Below, piece by piece: positions 1-13,235 of a stretch of DNA of 64,000 bases. The notes below the pieces were generated by a model. That model was not told where the DNA came from and made no database searches. It worked only from the letters and a program-made list of their open reading frames with translations. This stretch comes from Octopus bimaculoides (taxonomy: Eukaryota), in contig NC_068990.1 of assembly GCF_001194135.2 (NCBI RefSeq), forward strand, positions 4,907,603 to 4,971,602, written 5' to 3'. Position 1 is the stretch's first letter; each line of letters begins with the position of its first letter. A program made the translations under genes and the position numbers.

Positions 1-960
1 CATACATTACATGAACACAAGTCAATTAATTAAGCTGCTAAATTGATAAAACTGCTGGCCATGAGTCTAAACCTGACCACAACAATTGTTTGGGGTTCTT
101 GGAAAAGACAACTTAATTTACTCAGAAAATAAATAATAATGAAATTTTAAGAGATAATAAAAATGGACTCTAACAAATATAGCTGACCACAAACCAGTTG
201 CTAAGAAATATATTAAAATTTGCAGACATGGCTTATAATTGCACTCGATAGTTACTAATCAAAGCAAACTAATAATGTTACTGGAATTCAATTTAGTTTC
301 CTGTATTATTTCAACAAAGAATTAAGGAAATTTCATAACATCAAAGAAATCAAGAACTACATGACTGAACATTTTTTGCTTTTGCATTCTACTGTAGCAT
401 TGTTTCCAGCATTTCTAGTGTTATGAGGCATTATTGATATAAGCATTCACTACTATCATTTCAACAGCTATAAATGTAAACATTTACTACATAACATGAT
501 ATGTCCTCTATTATCGAAAAGACTACTGAGCGAATAGCTTCTGCTGTGATATGTGGCCTAACTGTGATAGCATTGTCCTTCCAGGTGAACTTAATATAAA
601 AATAAAAGAAAAAAAGGCAAATAAAGGCCAAGTTGATGAAAAAGCAGAAGTAAAGTATAATGATAAATATTATGTTGATGCTACTTTAAACATGTTTACA
701 CTGTAGACTGAAATTTCGAGAAGTGAGTATTATCTAGTATAGAGAGAGAGAGAGAGTCTATAAATTCAGTGATCATTTCGAAGGCAATCTAATGGAAATA
801 GATAACTGAGATTGAAAATCTTGCGAAGCATAAAGATGTAGACAATGTCAAATATAAAGTCATACAGAAAGTTTGAAGCATTTCTAAACTGATGAAGAGG
901 TTAATGGTTTATCAACTGAACCATTTCTAGTCAGCAACATTTAGTTTATAGACAGATCAA

Positions 961-980
961 TTATATATATATATATATAT

Positions 981-1041
<61 letters not shown>

Positions 1042-1058
1042 CATACATACATACATAT
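961..1058. repeat. (TA)n/(TACA)n microsatellite
   Basis: Long TA run followed by TACA units, seen directly. Confidence 0.95.
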
Positions 1059-2773
1059 AATCTATCACATATTTATAAAGTACAAAATAATGATCTTAAA
1101 TGTATTTCAAGTGACATGTAAATAAAACACTTCAAAAATTGCTCTTTAACAAAATACAAACATTACATATATTCATATAGACACCACACATACATACAAT
1201 AAAGTATTATGTCCGTATATGTTGATAACCACTAAAATATTTTGTCCAAAAGTTGTGTAATAAAAGGGAAGAAAAGTAGAGTTCAAGTAAATAAGTGATG
1301 ACACGCATCAGCAAAACTAAAACTAAAGTACTCATGACACGATTATGTTTGTGAACCAAGATGAGAGGTGAGTTTAGTTGTCAAGGCCAAATCCTTCTAA
1401 GAAAAACAGAGGGAAATTCTGCCCCGAACATCAGATTTCCCTCTTTTCATAGCACACAATGTTCTCTTACACAGAATTCATAAAACTTCAGATGAAAACC
1501 TGTGTATAGGTTCAAAATGTTTTATACAACAAATATAAGTGTTATTTATGTTAATTTTGTATAAAGTTTGAAAGAGCCTCTTGAATAACATTTATATGTA
1601 ATGGAGACATCTGCTAACAAGTAAATTCAATGCCCATTAACATATTTCTATTATTAAAAATGACGACAGATAGATCTGGATATTTACTTACTTCTGGTTC
1701 CAAATCACAAATAGTTACCACAAAATATCAGTCTTTGATTACATTGACAAAATGTCTCATAAGAGAGTTTATTTATAAATTTTAAAATAATAGTTAGCAT
1801 GGTTCTAGATGTACTAATCAATGTTAGTTCGTGGGAGTTTTCTATGAGATAACTAATTGTAATTAACGGGATATAAGTGTTCAAATTAAAATGTATATTT
1901 AAACAGTTATTTCAAAAACAAGAATAAATGTTCATCATTAGATTATTTACTTGTACATTCATTTAACAGTAATCGAGCTGAGCTTTATTGCGAAGAATAA
2001 TATTGATGAAGATTTAGAAGATTTAAATAGCTATTATTGCAGCAAAATTTAAGTGAAAATTAAGGTAATTTTATTATAATAAATTATTTATAAATGTATC
2101 CTTTAGTCAAATTATGTTATACATATGTATAATTTAGAAATTTAAAAAAGTTAACAAATAAAATAAGGCAATTTAGAAATTTAAAACTATTTTATAAAAC
2201 ATTATTAACTGTGAATCTGAATGCTTTGCATGTTTTAGTGGAAGCAATTCATTTATAATTTTCTTGAAGGAAATATTAACATACTTTTCAATAACTGGTT
2301 AAAATGTTATGCATAAACTAATAATTACCGTATATAAATATGAAGTTTCCAATTGATTAACAAATGATACTAACATATTTTACGATTTCTGATTTTGATA
2401 CTAAAGCATCATCATGCTTCAGTCTTAACACAAATAGAACAGAGATTTAGACTTAACATAGTTCCAAGAAAAAAAATTAGATGAGATAATTTGTTTTACA
2501 CTATTGGCAGTAATTTTTTGCTGCTGGATCTAATTCAAGTGAGAGCAAAGAGAAAAATTATATAGCGATGCTTTAGATAGAACTGGAGTGAATTCATCCT
2601 CATGGAAAAAACTGCAACAAGCACTTCAGGACATCTCAGAAGAAAAAAAAATTTTTAATCCTTTCAATTGAGAAAGGAAAAACTTATGGAGCCATCTGCT
2701 GCACTGATCAAAGGTTCAACCAAAACATAGGCTAAAATTGTTAGACATACCAGCAGTGCACTACAGCAAAATT

Positions 2774-2814
<41 letters not shown>

Positions 2815-2884
2815 TGTTTAGAAAAACCTTATTCCGGAAAAGAAGCACACTTTAAGAAGTAGAGCAGTCTCTCTCTCTCTCTCT

Positions 2885-3218
2885 NNNNNNNNNNNNNNNN
2901 NNNNNNNNNNNNNNNNNNNNNNNNNNNNNNNNNNNNNNNNNNNNNNNNNNNNNNNNNNNNNNNNNNNNNNNNNNNNNNNNNNNNNNNNNNNNNNNNNNNN
3001 NNNNNNNNNNNNNNNNNNNNNNNNNNNNNNNNNNNNNNNNNNNNNNNNNNNNNNNNNNNNNNNNNNNNNNNNNNNNNNNNNNNNNNNNNNNNNNNNNNNN
3101 NNNNNNNNNNNNNNNNNNNNNNNNNNNNNNNNNNNNNNNNNNNNNNNNNNNNNNNNNNNNNNNNNNNNNNNNNNNNNNNNNNNNNNNNNNNNNNNNNNNN
3201 NNNNNNNNNNNNNNNNNN
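2885..3218. other. Assembly gap (N run)
   Basis: N run flanked by (CT)n on the left and a minisatellite on the right. Confidence 1.
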
Positions 3219-3531
3219 TTCTTGCTATGTTCTCATGATGTCTCTTGTCTAATGGACAATCCTTGCTGTATTGTCATGACATCTCTTGTCCAATGGACAA
3301 TCCTTGCAATATTGTCATGATGTTTCTTGTCCAATGGACAATTCTTGCTATGTTCTCATGATGTCTCTTGTCTAATGGACAATCCTTGCTGTATTGTCAT
3401 GACATCTCTTGTCCAATGGACAATCCTTGCTATATTGTCATGATGTTTCTTGTCCAATGGATAATTCTTGCTATATTGTCATGATGTCTCTTGTGCAATG
3501 GACAACCCTTGCTATATTGTCACGACGTCTT
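3219..3531 (+). repeat. 41-bp minisatellite, about 7.6 copies visible, truncated by the gap
   Basis: Units start at 3219, 3260, 3301, 3342, 3383, 3424, 3465 and 3506. Consensus TCCTTGCTATATTGTCATGATGTCTCTTGTCCAATGGACAA. Confidence 0.97.
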
Positions 3532-3558
3532 ATTTATTATTATTATTATTATTATCAT

Positions 3559-3605
<47 letters not shown>

Positions 3606-3621
3606 TCATTATTATTATTAT
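3531..3621. repeat. (TTA)n(GTA)n compound microsatellite
   Basis: Seen directly. Confidence 0.95.
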
Positions 3622-5310
3622 TTTACATTAAAACCTATTAATGAATAAGTACTAATAGGTACTGATTATGTTAGAAATGAAAGAACTGAAGACAAGAAAT
3701 TTGGGAAATAAAATTAGTCTCCAGAAAATCAAACGTGATAACTGTGCCATAGACAGAATGTGAAGTATTGTTATTGAACTTCCTGATATGAAGGGTGAAC
3801 ATTTCAATGAATAAGTCAAATGTCAGTTTGAAATACAATTCATAAAAGCTCTCCAGTATGTATTAGTAAGATGCTAGTTACTTTATTGTATCTACAAATA
3901 AGTAGTCATTTCTGAAGGATTGGAAAAATCTTTTCTGTGTCGTTTCTTAAGATAATATGGCTAAACTCTGTATGGTAAATGGGTTTTTAAATCTAAAGGT
4001 TATCAAAACTTTTTGTTGATGCCTAAGCAACATTGTTGAACTTTAAATATAATCATAAAGAAAAAAAACATTGGCTTCCACAAATATAAATAGTAGTGAC
4101 TAATAGTAGTGACCACCACTCTCAAATTCTACAAATTTGAATCCTCTGTGCTATTACTGATATTAACCAGAATATGTGGCAATCATTTAACTATTCTATT
4201 CCATTAAAAAATACTATATTGATTTGTCTTAGCAATATATGACTGGTTGTTATATTGCACAAAATATGTAATTCCTTAACTAGTATCATTATCTAAACTT
4301 ATGGCTACTACATTTGCTGTCTCACAACTTCTCAAAATGAAGATACTGCTTAGTCATTCATTGAGATTTACTTGTGACATTTGTATAGAAAGATGTGAAT
4401 AAAGGCTTTGAATTTCAAACATGCTGTTCATGAAGCAGAATGAAATCTTACATGTCAAGATAGAGTAGAAGCTGAAGTGAGTCCAATATAAAATTAAAAG
4501 AATCTTAAAAGTATATTTCAATATTATTTCAGTCTAATGGCTATTACTTTGAAATTATGTGAATGAAACAGAACAGATATATGCTATAAATATCTATATA
4601 GATATACAATGTCAGGCCTTGTAGATATAATCATTAATTTCCTTTGTTACTGCTTAATGATAAAGGAAGTGCACTACTCATGACTCTGTATCTTTCAGGG
4701 TCTCCAAGATGGTAGGGTGAAGTGTGACAGTTACCCTCAAATGAAAGATATGGCCAAAATACTTTCAACAGAAAGAATTTTACAAAAGTTACCCAGGAGT
4801 TTGTATAAAACTAAGTAATGGGTCAAGCCTACTAACCTAAATTCAGAATAGAAAGAAACAGAGGATATGCTACAAGGCATCTCATTGGATGGATTAGCAA
4901 TTCTGTCAATCCGCCACACTGGACTTGCACTTATTTTACTGACCCTGAAAGGATAAAAGACAAACTCAGAGTGCAGATGACTGAAATAAATATTGCAAGG
5001 CATTTCCTAATTGCTATATAGATAGGAGTTAGTCATGTCTTGGCTACTTCTAAGATACTTTGATGTTATCTCTGAAAGTTAGCAACGCTGACAAAATACA
5101 AAAAGTTGGTAATTAAAAACATTCTTCATGTAAATAATTGGTTGCTTATCTGTAGGAAAGAAATGACCTATTATCAAAGGTGTTACAGCATTATCTACCC
5201 TATTGTATTTTGCAGGCAGCAAATATGAGATTATATCATGCATTGTATCCCTCATTGGTGTGATTTGATGGAGATTTTGTTGTCATTTCTAGTGGAAGAT
5301 ATTGTGATAG

Positions 5311-5355
<45 letters not shown>

Positions 5356-6630
5356 AAAGAATACAAATATGCATTTTTCATGTTTAAGAAGCTAAAGCAC
5401 ATCGGAATTATTAAAACAAGCAAAGTAAATTGGATAATTGTAAATGCCAAAATAACGTCTACAATATGGCTAACTCAAAACAGGCATTTGTAGCACAATA
5501 CTCAGAGAAGATGACAGCATAATTGTCAATGTAACTATTCTATCAATAACTGAATATTTAAACTAAGCAGATGCTATAGACATTATTCAATGAAAGATAA
5601 AATAAACTTTTACGGTGATTGGTGATTAATATTTCAATCATACATCTGTAAAGTGGCTAACCTGTTTAGCAATTTACAGTATGGCTCATTAGGTTATCAC
5701 TTTTAGTTTTACCTACCACATTTAAGTTCATGCTGAAGCCCTGATTAATATCATTTAAAATCTCCATAAATATAAACGTTTGTAATTATAATAATATAAT
5801 CATTTCTTTAAAATAATGAGTTACAAAAAAACTGAAATATTTACTTGAAGACAAGGTAAGAAGTTTATAAAGTTTCAAAGGAATCAAGAATATTAATGGA
5901 AGAAACTGTACATCAATACAAATAACATAATCACTGGCAAAGGATTAAATCCAAAGTTATCAAAAGCTCTTGTAATGATAAAAGTGGAAAAGTCTGAAAT
6001 TAAATCTGTAAAAACATGATGTAAATATGTGTAATGAACATTATGTATACCAGGAGAAACAGTACACTCCTGGTTGTCTTCTAGTTTATGTAATACATAT
6101 AGGATTTCAACTTTTTTGGTATATATAAGATTACATTACTCCATGTTCGCTTTCCTAATTTACAGTGACAAAGTATGCTCTGCGAGAAATTAGTTGACTA
6201 ATTTTAGCAGAGGAAAGCTTTCCAGTATTGGATCAAAATAAACTTAACTGTTATTAAGCCTCAAATCAGCTTTGAATAAATAAGAATACCATGAAAAGCA
6301 TTCCAATTCTGACAGTCCCTACTATTTCAATATCAGGAAGTGCAATGTCCAATATACTCTTCATTTAAGACTGTAGTATATGAACTGAGAAAGCCTTGTT
6401 CACCTAACATGGGGGAAAATATTGTTAAAATTATTAGCCAATGATAATACGAGCAAATTAGATGATACACATGACTGCCAATAAACAACTCTTTCTCCTA
6501 TGCTTACATTTTCATTCTGAAAGAGATGCTTGGTGCAGCATACAGTGTGAAGAAGCAGTTGTTATCAAGGGAACATGTGTTGGGGTGGTAGTAAAGGCTG
6601 TTAGTGTTGCAGGTATACACATACATATAC

Positions 6631-6664
<34 letters not shown>

Positions 6665-6689
6665 ATACATACAGGCATACAAACATGCA

Positions 6690-7010
6690 TATATCACCAT
6701 TGTCCCTGCTTTCACGGGTTGGATAGTTTGACCAGAGCTAGCTAGCTGGGGAGCTTCACCAAACTCCAATCTGATTTGGCAGGGTTTCTACAGCTGGATG
6801 CCCTTCCTAATGCCAACCACATTACCAAGTGGACTGGCTGCTTTTACATGGCACCACACAAGTGCTTTTATGTGGTGTTACACGGGCACTTTTGTGTGGC
6901 ATCACAAGGGCACTTTTATGTGACACTGCATGGATGCTTTTGCATGGCACCGCACGATGCTTTTATGTGGTACTGCATGGGCACTTTCATGTGGCTCTGC
7001 CATGAGTGCT
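6690..7010 (-). mobile_element. RTE-tail SINE-like element with an internal 24-bp tandem repeat
   Basis: TTTCTACAGCTGGATGCCCTTCCTAATGCCAACCAC is the reverse complement of the RTE 3' tail at 18845-18885. It is followed by seven ~24-bp units (CTTTTATGTGGCAC...) at 6841-7009. Confidence 0.8.
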
Positions 7011-7399
7011 TTACATTACCAGAGGAACTGGTCTTAACACTTCTGTTGTGGGGTATAGGTCTTCTTGAGTACAGCAAGGTGCCAGACATCTAGGTCATTT
7101 GTCATCTCACATTTTAATGTCCACTTTTCTATATTTGCATCTTTCAGATGGTGTTTATTGCCGTGGATTTTCTATAGCTGAATGTCCTTCTTATCACCAA
7201 TCCTCACCTGTTTCCAGGCAAGGCAATATTTCCCTATGACCAGACATGTTTTGGCAGAATATTGATACATAATGATGCACATAGAGTTCCAAACAGTGGT
7301 TATATATCATGCAATGTAAATTCAAATCACACAATACAATAACAACATATATATCATGGATGGTCCTATAATTAGATGATGTATGAGGGTTCAGCAATT

Positions 7400-7634
7400 T
7401 CTTGCCAAACGACCACACATGATTTGTTTACAGTGTACACATAAGCTCACTCCTTCCATCAAATCAACATTACCTGTACAGGTACACTGTGTGCCACATA
7501 TCATGATGAAATAATCGCAGAACAACACAAAATGAAATGCTTTGCACAAGAACACAATTCAATGCCCGGCCTGGGAATTGAACCCACAATCTCACAATCA
7601 TTAGTGCAACACACTATCCACTAAGACATGCACC

Positions 7635-7638
<4 letters not shown>
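7400..7638 (-). mobile_element. tRNA-derived SINE (5' part)
   Basis: The reverse complement has an A-box-like TCTTAGTGGATAG and a B-box-like GGTTCAATTCC. Similar to 9113-9312 and 62175-62415. Confidence 0.75.
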
Positions 7639-7678
<40 letters not shown>

Positions 7679-8609
7679 TGTATGTATAAAGCCTGTATCT
7701 GGAACCTGCAAGCCCATTATATTAAAGTTTATCTCAGATTGCATGGCATTTGACATCATGTGTCTTTGCATTGACTCCCTTTCATGGGCAACTGTAATAG
7801 AATTGTGTGGCACACAAAGAAAAGATATGCTACTGCAGTAGTTTAATTATGTAAAATTGTGAAAGAAAAGTACATTATTTGTAAACAAGTATAGTTGGCC
7901 TTAGAATACTGCTCCAATACATCTCATGAAAAAAAAAAGCAGACGCTAAAATAATGATGATATGATAATAATGAGAAAAAGGATATCTTCATAATTTCCC
8001 AATAAAATTAAAATCTGAAATCAATATTTCAGCAATTACGTTTAGGTAATCATGACGTCTAAGTTGTATTATTTTAACTACTTATAAAATTTGGAGAAAT
8101 CAAGTAGGTCCATATAACATATAACTAAATACATTGCATAAAATCTTTTGGTAATGAGAGGGAAAAAATGCATAGAGTAGTGTATGATTTATGATAAAAA
8201 ACATTAAATCTTAATTCTATCTTTTCTAATCTAATAAAAGTTATATTGGATGTGATATTTCTGAAAGATGTTTGCATATCATATTTCACCAGAATATTTA
8301 TTTTCTTTCAATGATATTTTTCCCCTTTTTTCTCTTTTGACTTGAATAAAAACTAGACTGTTTTTGTGATTATTTACATGTCATGAAATCTTTTGAAATT
8401 CTCTCCTTAATTAAATCAATGCAATCCCTCTCTGTTCTTCTTGAGCACTCAAGTATACTTTGTTTTTTTAGTTATATTCATTGTTATATGTTCACATCCT
8501 GCTGCAGCTACTAAAATATTTACCTATGCTATACTGATCTCAGTTTGTTGGCGTGCATTCCCACTTCAATAGATTGTTAAAATGTTCCAGTGTAAGAAGT
8601 AATATTCTC

Positions 8610-9100
8610 ATCTACTACATATGTGGAAAATCGGTGTGTGTTTGTTTGTGGCCTTGTTAGCTAACTGTTCCTACATCGTTTTATTGATTTTGATGAAACT
8701 TGACATGTGAGTAGAATTCGTGTCTGGAAACCTTGTGACATACTTAGATTGTTGAAAAAAATCGATAATACAACCCCTGGAAGGGACATTTATATCTATC
8801 TCATATAACTAATTTTTTTTAGCACCCAAGGGAAATAACCCAAAGCACCTGCACAATATTTTTTTAAACACTCAAGGAAAATAACCTATTTCATTGTTTA
8901 TGTTCGATTACTTTGAATATTTTTTTTTTTGTGTGTCCAATTTCTAATTTTTGCAGACAATATTACTTTTATACTTTATTTGACATGTGAGTAGAACTCA
9001 TGTCTGGAAACCTCATGACATACTTAGATTGTTGAAAAATACCGATAATAGGGCCCTTCCAATGGATCCTTCTATCTACTACATATCACTAATATTTTAT
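8610..9100 (+). mobile_element. Non-autonomous element, possibly Helitron/Helentron-associated, with a partial ~280-bp tandem duplication
   Basis: Direct repeats at 8700-8770 and 8980-9050. ATCTACTACATAT occurs at 8610 and 9074. The GATTTTGATGAAACTTG motif recalls DINE/HINE-type elements; the class call is inference. Confidence 0.45.
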
Positions 9101-9112
9101 TTAAACAATCCA

Positions 9113-9312
9113 GGGTGCAATGACCCAGTGGTTAGGGTAGCGGACTCGCAATTGTAGGACCGCAGTTTCAATTCCCAGACCGAGTGTTGTAAGTGTTTAT
9201 TGAGCGAAAACACCTAAAGGTCCACGAGGCTCCGGCAGGGGGTGGTGGCGAACCCTGCTGTACTCTTTCACCACAACTTTCTCTCTTTCTTCCTGTTTCT
9301 GTTGTACCTGTA
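9113..9312 (+). mobile_element. tRNA-derived SINE (head plus body, ending at a gap)
   Basis: A box TGACCCAGTGGTTAGG and B-box-like GTTTCAATTCCC, followed by a non-tRNA body. Confidence 0.85.
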
Positions 9313-9322
9313 NNNNNNNNNN
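9313..9322. other. Assembly gap (10 N)
   Basis: N run. Confidence 1.
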
Positions 9323-9363
<41 letters not shown>

Positions 9364-10388
9364 CATTTATTTTTTATTTGCTTCAGTCATTAGACTACAC
9401 CCATGCTGGGGCACCACCTGTTACATTATTTTTTGCTTTTGATATATTTACTATGTTTTGACCATACTATTTTGCTTAGATAGTTTGACTTATTTCTCAA
9501 TTTCATTGTTGGTTCTACCTTCTCACAAATCGCTTCTAAACATCTTATTCTTCAATTGCTTTCACTTTGTTTTTATTATCCAATACTACATACCAATTTG
9601 TTTTACTACAACAATTAAATCATTTCCTTCTCTCACCTGATGCATAAATTGGTATTTGTAACAGACGTAAAGGCATTTCCAAACCTGCGTTATTGTCATA
9701 GCAATCAATTATTAAATATATAAGAACAGTGCATGAAATATAGTGAATAATAAACTACTGGCATGTAACAATATTTGTTTTCAATGATATGCTATTTGAC
9801 AGAATATATTTATATATTACAAACAGCCAACACTGTATGCAGTTGACAAATGTAAACATCATATCTTTGTATACAATCTCTTCAAGGCTACAAATAGAGG
9901 TGTCAAGAAAACCAGTTTCAGTGATGGGATTTCAGAAGCAATTGAGTAGCCTATTTTACTCTCCATTTAACACTGACAATAAACTCACTATTAAGATGGG
10001 GTTTAAGTAAATTAGATAGACCAATTTACACATATAATGCAGTCTTGACAGCGAGATTGATTGTTAAAATAATGTTGTACAGTTTGTGTCAAGGCTATAC
10101 AATACTACATCTAGTTTTTAGGCAACACTATGATAAAAAGATATAAACACAATGTCAATTTGTAATACTTTAGAAAGAAAAAAAGCTGTCCACATGATTC
10201 ATTTCTGCATTCCAAGCTCATCAGCAACTGAGTACTCCCTTTAACTGACCCCAGAAATATTGCTTTTAAGCCTATATTCTTTAACAAAAGTTAATGATTC
10301 CTCACTCCCAGCAGGCTTAAGCAGTGTGGGATTTCAAGCACAAATGTTTGAGCTTCCTTGCTATTGCTTTTTAGATGTATACCAGTTA

Positions 10389-10423
<35 letters not shown>

Positions 10424-10543
10424 ACAAGTCATTGTAAATTCATCAGTAGCATCTCTGAACAATGACATACATACAAACACACATATATAAAGTAGTTTGA
10501 AGAAATGCAAATCGATACTTAAAAAATATATGTATATATATAT

Positions 10544-10570
10544 CTGTTGAAGAGCGTAGCTCGAAACGTC
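10544..10570 (+). ncRNA. Minimal hammerhead ribozyme core (Penelope type, one core substitution)
   Basis: CUGUUGA, then stem II GAGC/GCUC, GAAA, palindromic ACGU and the GUC cleavage triplet. The 5' strand of stem I is replaced by (TA)n. Confidence 0.55.
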
Positions 10571-11330
10571 AAAGACTTTCCGTATTCCCGAGCGTCATAC
10601 TAATACATCCTTTTGTTATTTACACCACCTGTCCTTGTCTGTTGTTGTTTTTTCGTATATTCTCCCATATGTATATATATATGTGCATCCATTTACAAGT
10701 TTTATCTTTATAATTCCGATGTGCACTCTACCCCTCGCTATTCTTTCTATGTATCTCCCTCTCTTGTTCTTCTTCCTTTCTGTTTTTCCTCCCACCCTTT
10801 CCCTATTCTTCTCCTCTTCCCTTCACCATTTCCTCTCTCTCTCTCTCTCACTCTTCCTCCTTGACTCTCTCATTGTTCACAAGTGACCAACAGCTATCCA
10901 TCTCTCTTTCTTCCACTTCCTTCTTAAAGACAAGACATGCGTTTGCCTGTCTCTTCTCAAAGCTTGTTTATCTAGCATTCACCACTTCACATCGTCTTGG
11001 CTTAACAGCCCTCACCGTTTGTTTTTACTGGTTTGATCTTACTGTCCTGTTCTTGTTACCACTTTAACCCTCCACAAAAAATACTAATTTTTATTTAATT
11101 TGCTTTGCAGGAAGGACTGTTTTAACAAAGTCGTGTCTTGTTCCTACCTTTGAAATGTGGAGTAGATAAAACAGGGGACAACTGATGAAGGGAATGTTTT
11201 TTTATGTTGCTTGTGTCGTTTTTCTATTTGTTTCTTTTGTTGTTCAAAAAAAGTTTGTTTTTTATGTTTCTGTTTTTATGTCCTCATTTCTCATTTTGTT
11301 GACATTTTTTTTGATGTCCTGTACCCATAT
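10544..11330 (+). mobile_element. Penelope-like terminal-repeat fragments
   Basis: Begins with the hammerhead-like CTGTTGA-A-GAGC-GTA-GCTC-GAAACGTC. A second CTGATGA lies at 11184-11190, with pyrimidine-rich UTR-like sequence between them. Confidence 0.55.
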
Positions 11331-12559
11331 ATGCATGTATATATACATAGATATGTAGGTATGTACATATATGTATATATATATACATATATATACATGT
11401 GTGTGCATATATTTATATATTTTTAATATCATTACTATTATTATTCTATATATATATATATATATATATTTGAAAGTCTATGAGGATTATTTAATACAGT
11501 TTTTGAGTGTAAAGGTGATTTTTAAAAAAATCATTTTTCTAAGAAATGTTATGAAATCTTTTATGAGGATATTACTAACCTTTTTGGGAAAGAGAGAAAG
11601 GTAGACAGACAGACAGACAGACAGACAGATAGACAAACAGAAAGATTGATATTATAATATTATGAATCAAATATATTCATATTAATATTAATATTTACGT
11701 TCCTGAAATGGATTTTCCATTTTGTATTCAAACAATTCTAAATACAGTATTAAAGATAATATAAATTCTAATCTTTAATTCAAACTGTGCATGCACACCC
11801 ACCCACCCAAACCCACATCTGTAAATCAACCTTGGCCACTACAATTATCAACATCAGTACAACCCCCCTCAGCACCAAACCCAATACAACCCTTACCATT
11901 CACAATAATCCACCATGTCCTAAATGATCAAAAGCAACAGCAACAGTAGCATGGAGAAGAGAGCCAAAGCCTAACTGAGATTATAGACAATGAGAGGTGA
12001 CAATGTGGTACCTTAACACATTTCAGAAGTTGAATGAAAATGTCCTTGATCATAGGTCAATGAGGATTGACTTGAGACGAAACAGCAGCAACAATACAAT
12101 TCGGAAAAACAATATGACCTCTGCCAGCACCACCACTATCTCCACCATGATCAGCACCACTCTCAACCCACCAACGTAAGTATAAATCAGCTGGCAACAA
12201 TAATAATGTCTAGCTGCATAATGCTGCATGTCAACACAACAGTGTGTGTGAGAGAGAGTGAAAGAGAGAGAGAGAGAGAGAAAGCTAGTAGGGTGTGGAA
12301 TTTTTATAACTTCAGTCAGAGATGCCAGAAGCAAAGTGCCCATGAATGTGGTAGCCTTTCAACTAACTGCAATCATTCAGTGCTTTCTCCCATATCACTT
12401 CTTCACCCTTCCATCTTATTTCCATTGTTATATACATAGGAATAAGATACCAATCTTTTGCTCTCTCAAAATAGTTCTTTCCTTGGTGTTATTTTACTTT
12501 TATGATGTATTTGTTATGGATAATTGTTAATTGCTGCTGCTGTTGGGTTTATCTACAAT

Positions 12560-13235
12560 TCGAAATGAGGCACTGGTGGAGCTTTTAAAATGGCTTTATA
12601 TAGGAGAAAAAATCAGCTACATTACTAAATCATTGAATCTTGGTATGTCTACAGTGGGAAAATATGTGCCAACAGAGACAAAGTTAAGTCTAGTGTTCTA
12701 GAAGTTACTTCCTTAACTGCTTGAACCATGTTTTTTTTTATGGATTTAATGTGATGCTTAAAATTGATTGCTTCTTAAGTGTTGGATCAAAGATCTGACT
12801 CACTGTTTCCATTCACAAGAAGCCAATAATCTGTATGAAAATTTACATAAAAAGGAATTTGCAAAACATTTTCTGGCTTGCAAAAGCTGGATCTAAAGAT
12901 TTAAGAAGTGCTTGAATGTGCACAACATAAAAGACTGGAGCTGCTAGTGCTGATACAGAAGTTAATACTAATTATCTTAAGCAGCTGAAAAAATGATTGC
13001 TGATGAGAATATACACTGTTGATGAAACTACTTTTCTGGAAGCACCATGCCTGCTAGAAGTATTATTTCTTAAAAGGAAACTCAACTCCAGAATTTAAAA
13101 CTTCAAAAAATTGTCTGCATCTTCTGGGAGGAAATATTGGTGATGATATGAAATTAAAACCAAATATTTGTTTATCATTCCAAAAATGTAAGGGCTTTCA
13201 AGGAGCACAAAGTTTAATCTAATTTGAAATTCAAA
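12560..13235 (+). mobile_element. Tigger/pogo (TIGD1-like) transposase relic
   Basis: Frameshifted translation gives GEKISYITKSLNLGMSTV (HTH), FLACKSWI*RFKK..NVHNIK..GAASAD, VDETT.FWK.MPARS and LGGN.GDDMKLKP..VYHSKNVRAF. These match pogo/CENP-B DDE_1 motifs. Confidence 0.88.

Noticed and set aside
560-720. Exon or APE-endonuclease remnant (IVLPGELNIKI..)
   Set aside because: A stop precedes the donor in the only long frame, and the GDxN resemblance is too weak.
3219-3531. CRISPR-like array (palindromic ~41-bp repeats)
   Set aside because: The units abut with no unique spacers, there are no cas genes, and the context is eukaryotic.
4850-4950. hAT dimerisation-domain remnant (LDGLAILSI)
   Set aside because: It is a single short motif with no supporting upstream SFSKL/LRS motif.
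9113-9185. tRNA gene
   Set aside because: A and B boxes are present, but there is no complete cloverleaf and a SINE body follows. The same applies to the other tRNA-like heads.
11790-12179. Pro/Gln/Thr-rich exon ending at a GTAAGT donor
   Set aside because: There are in-frame stops and no acceptor, and the composition fits a decayed (CAC/CAA)n low-complexity tract.
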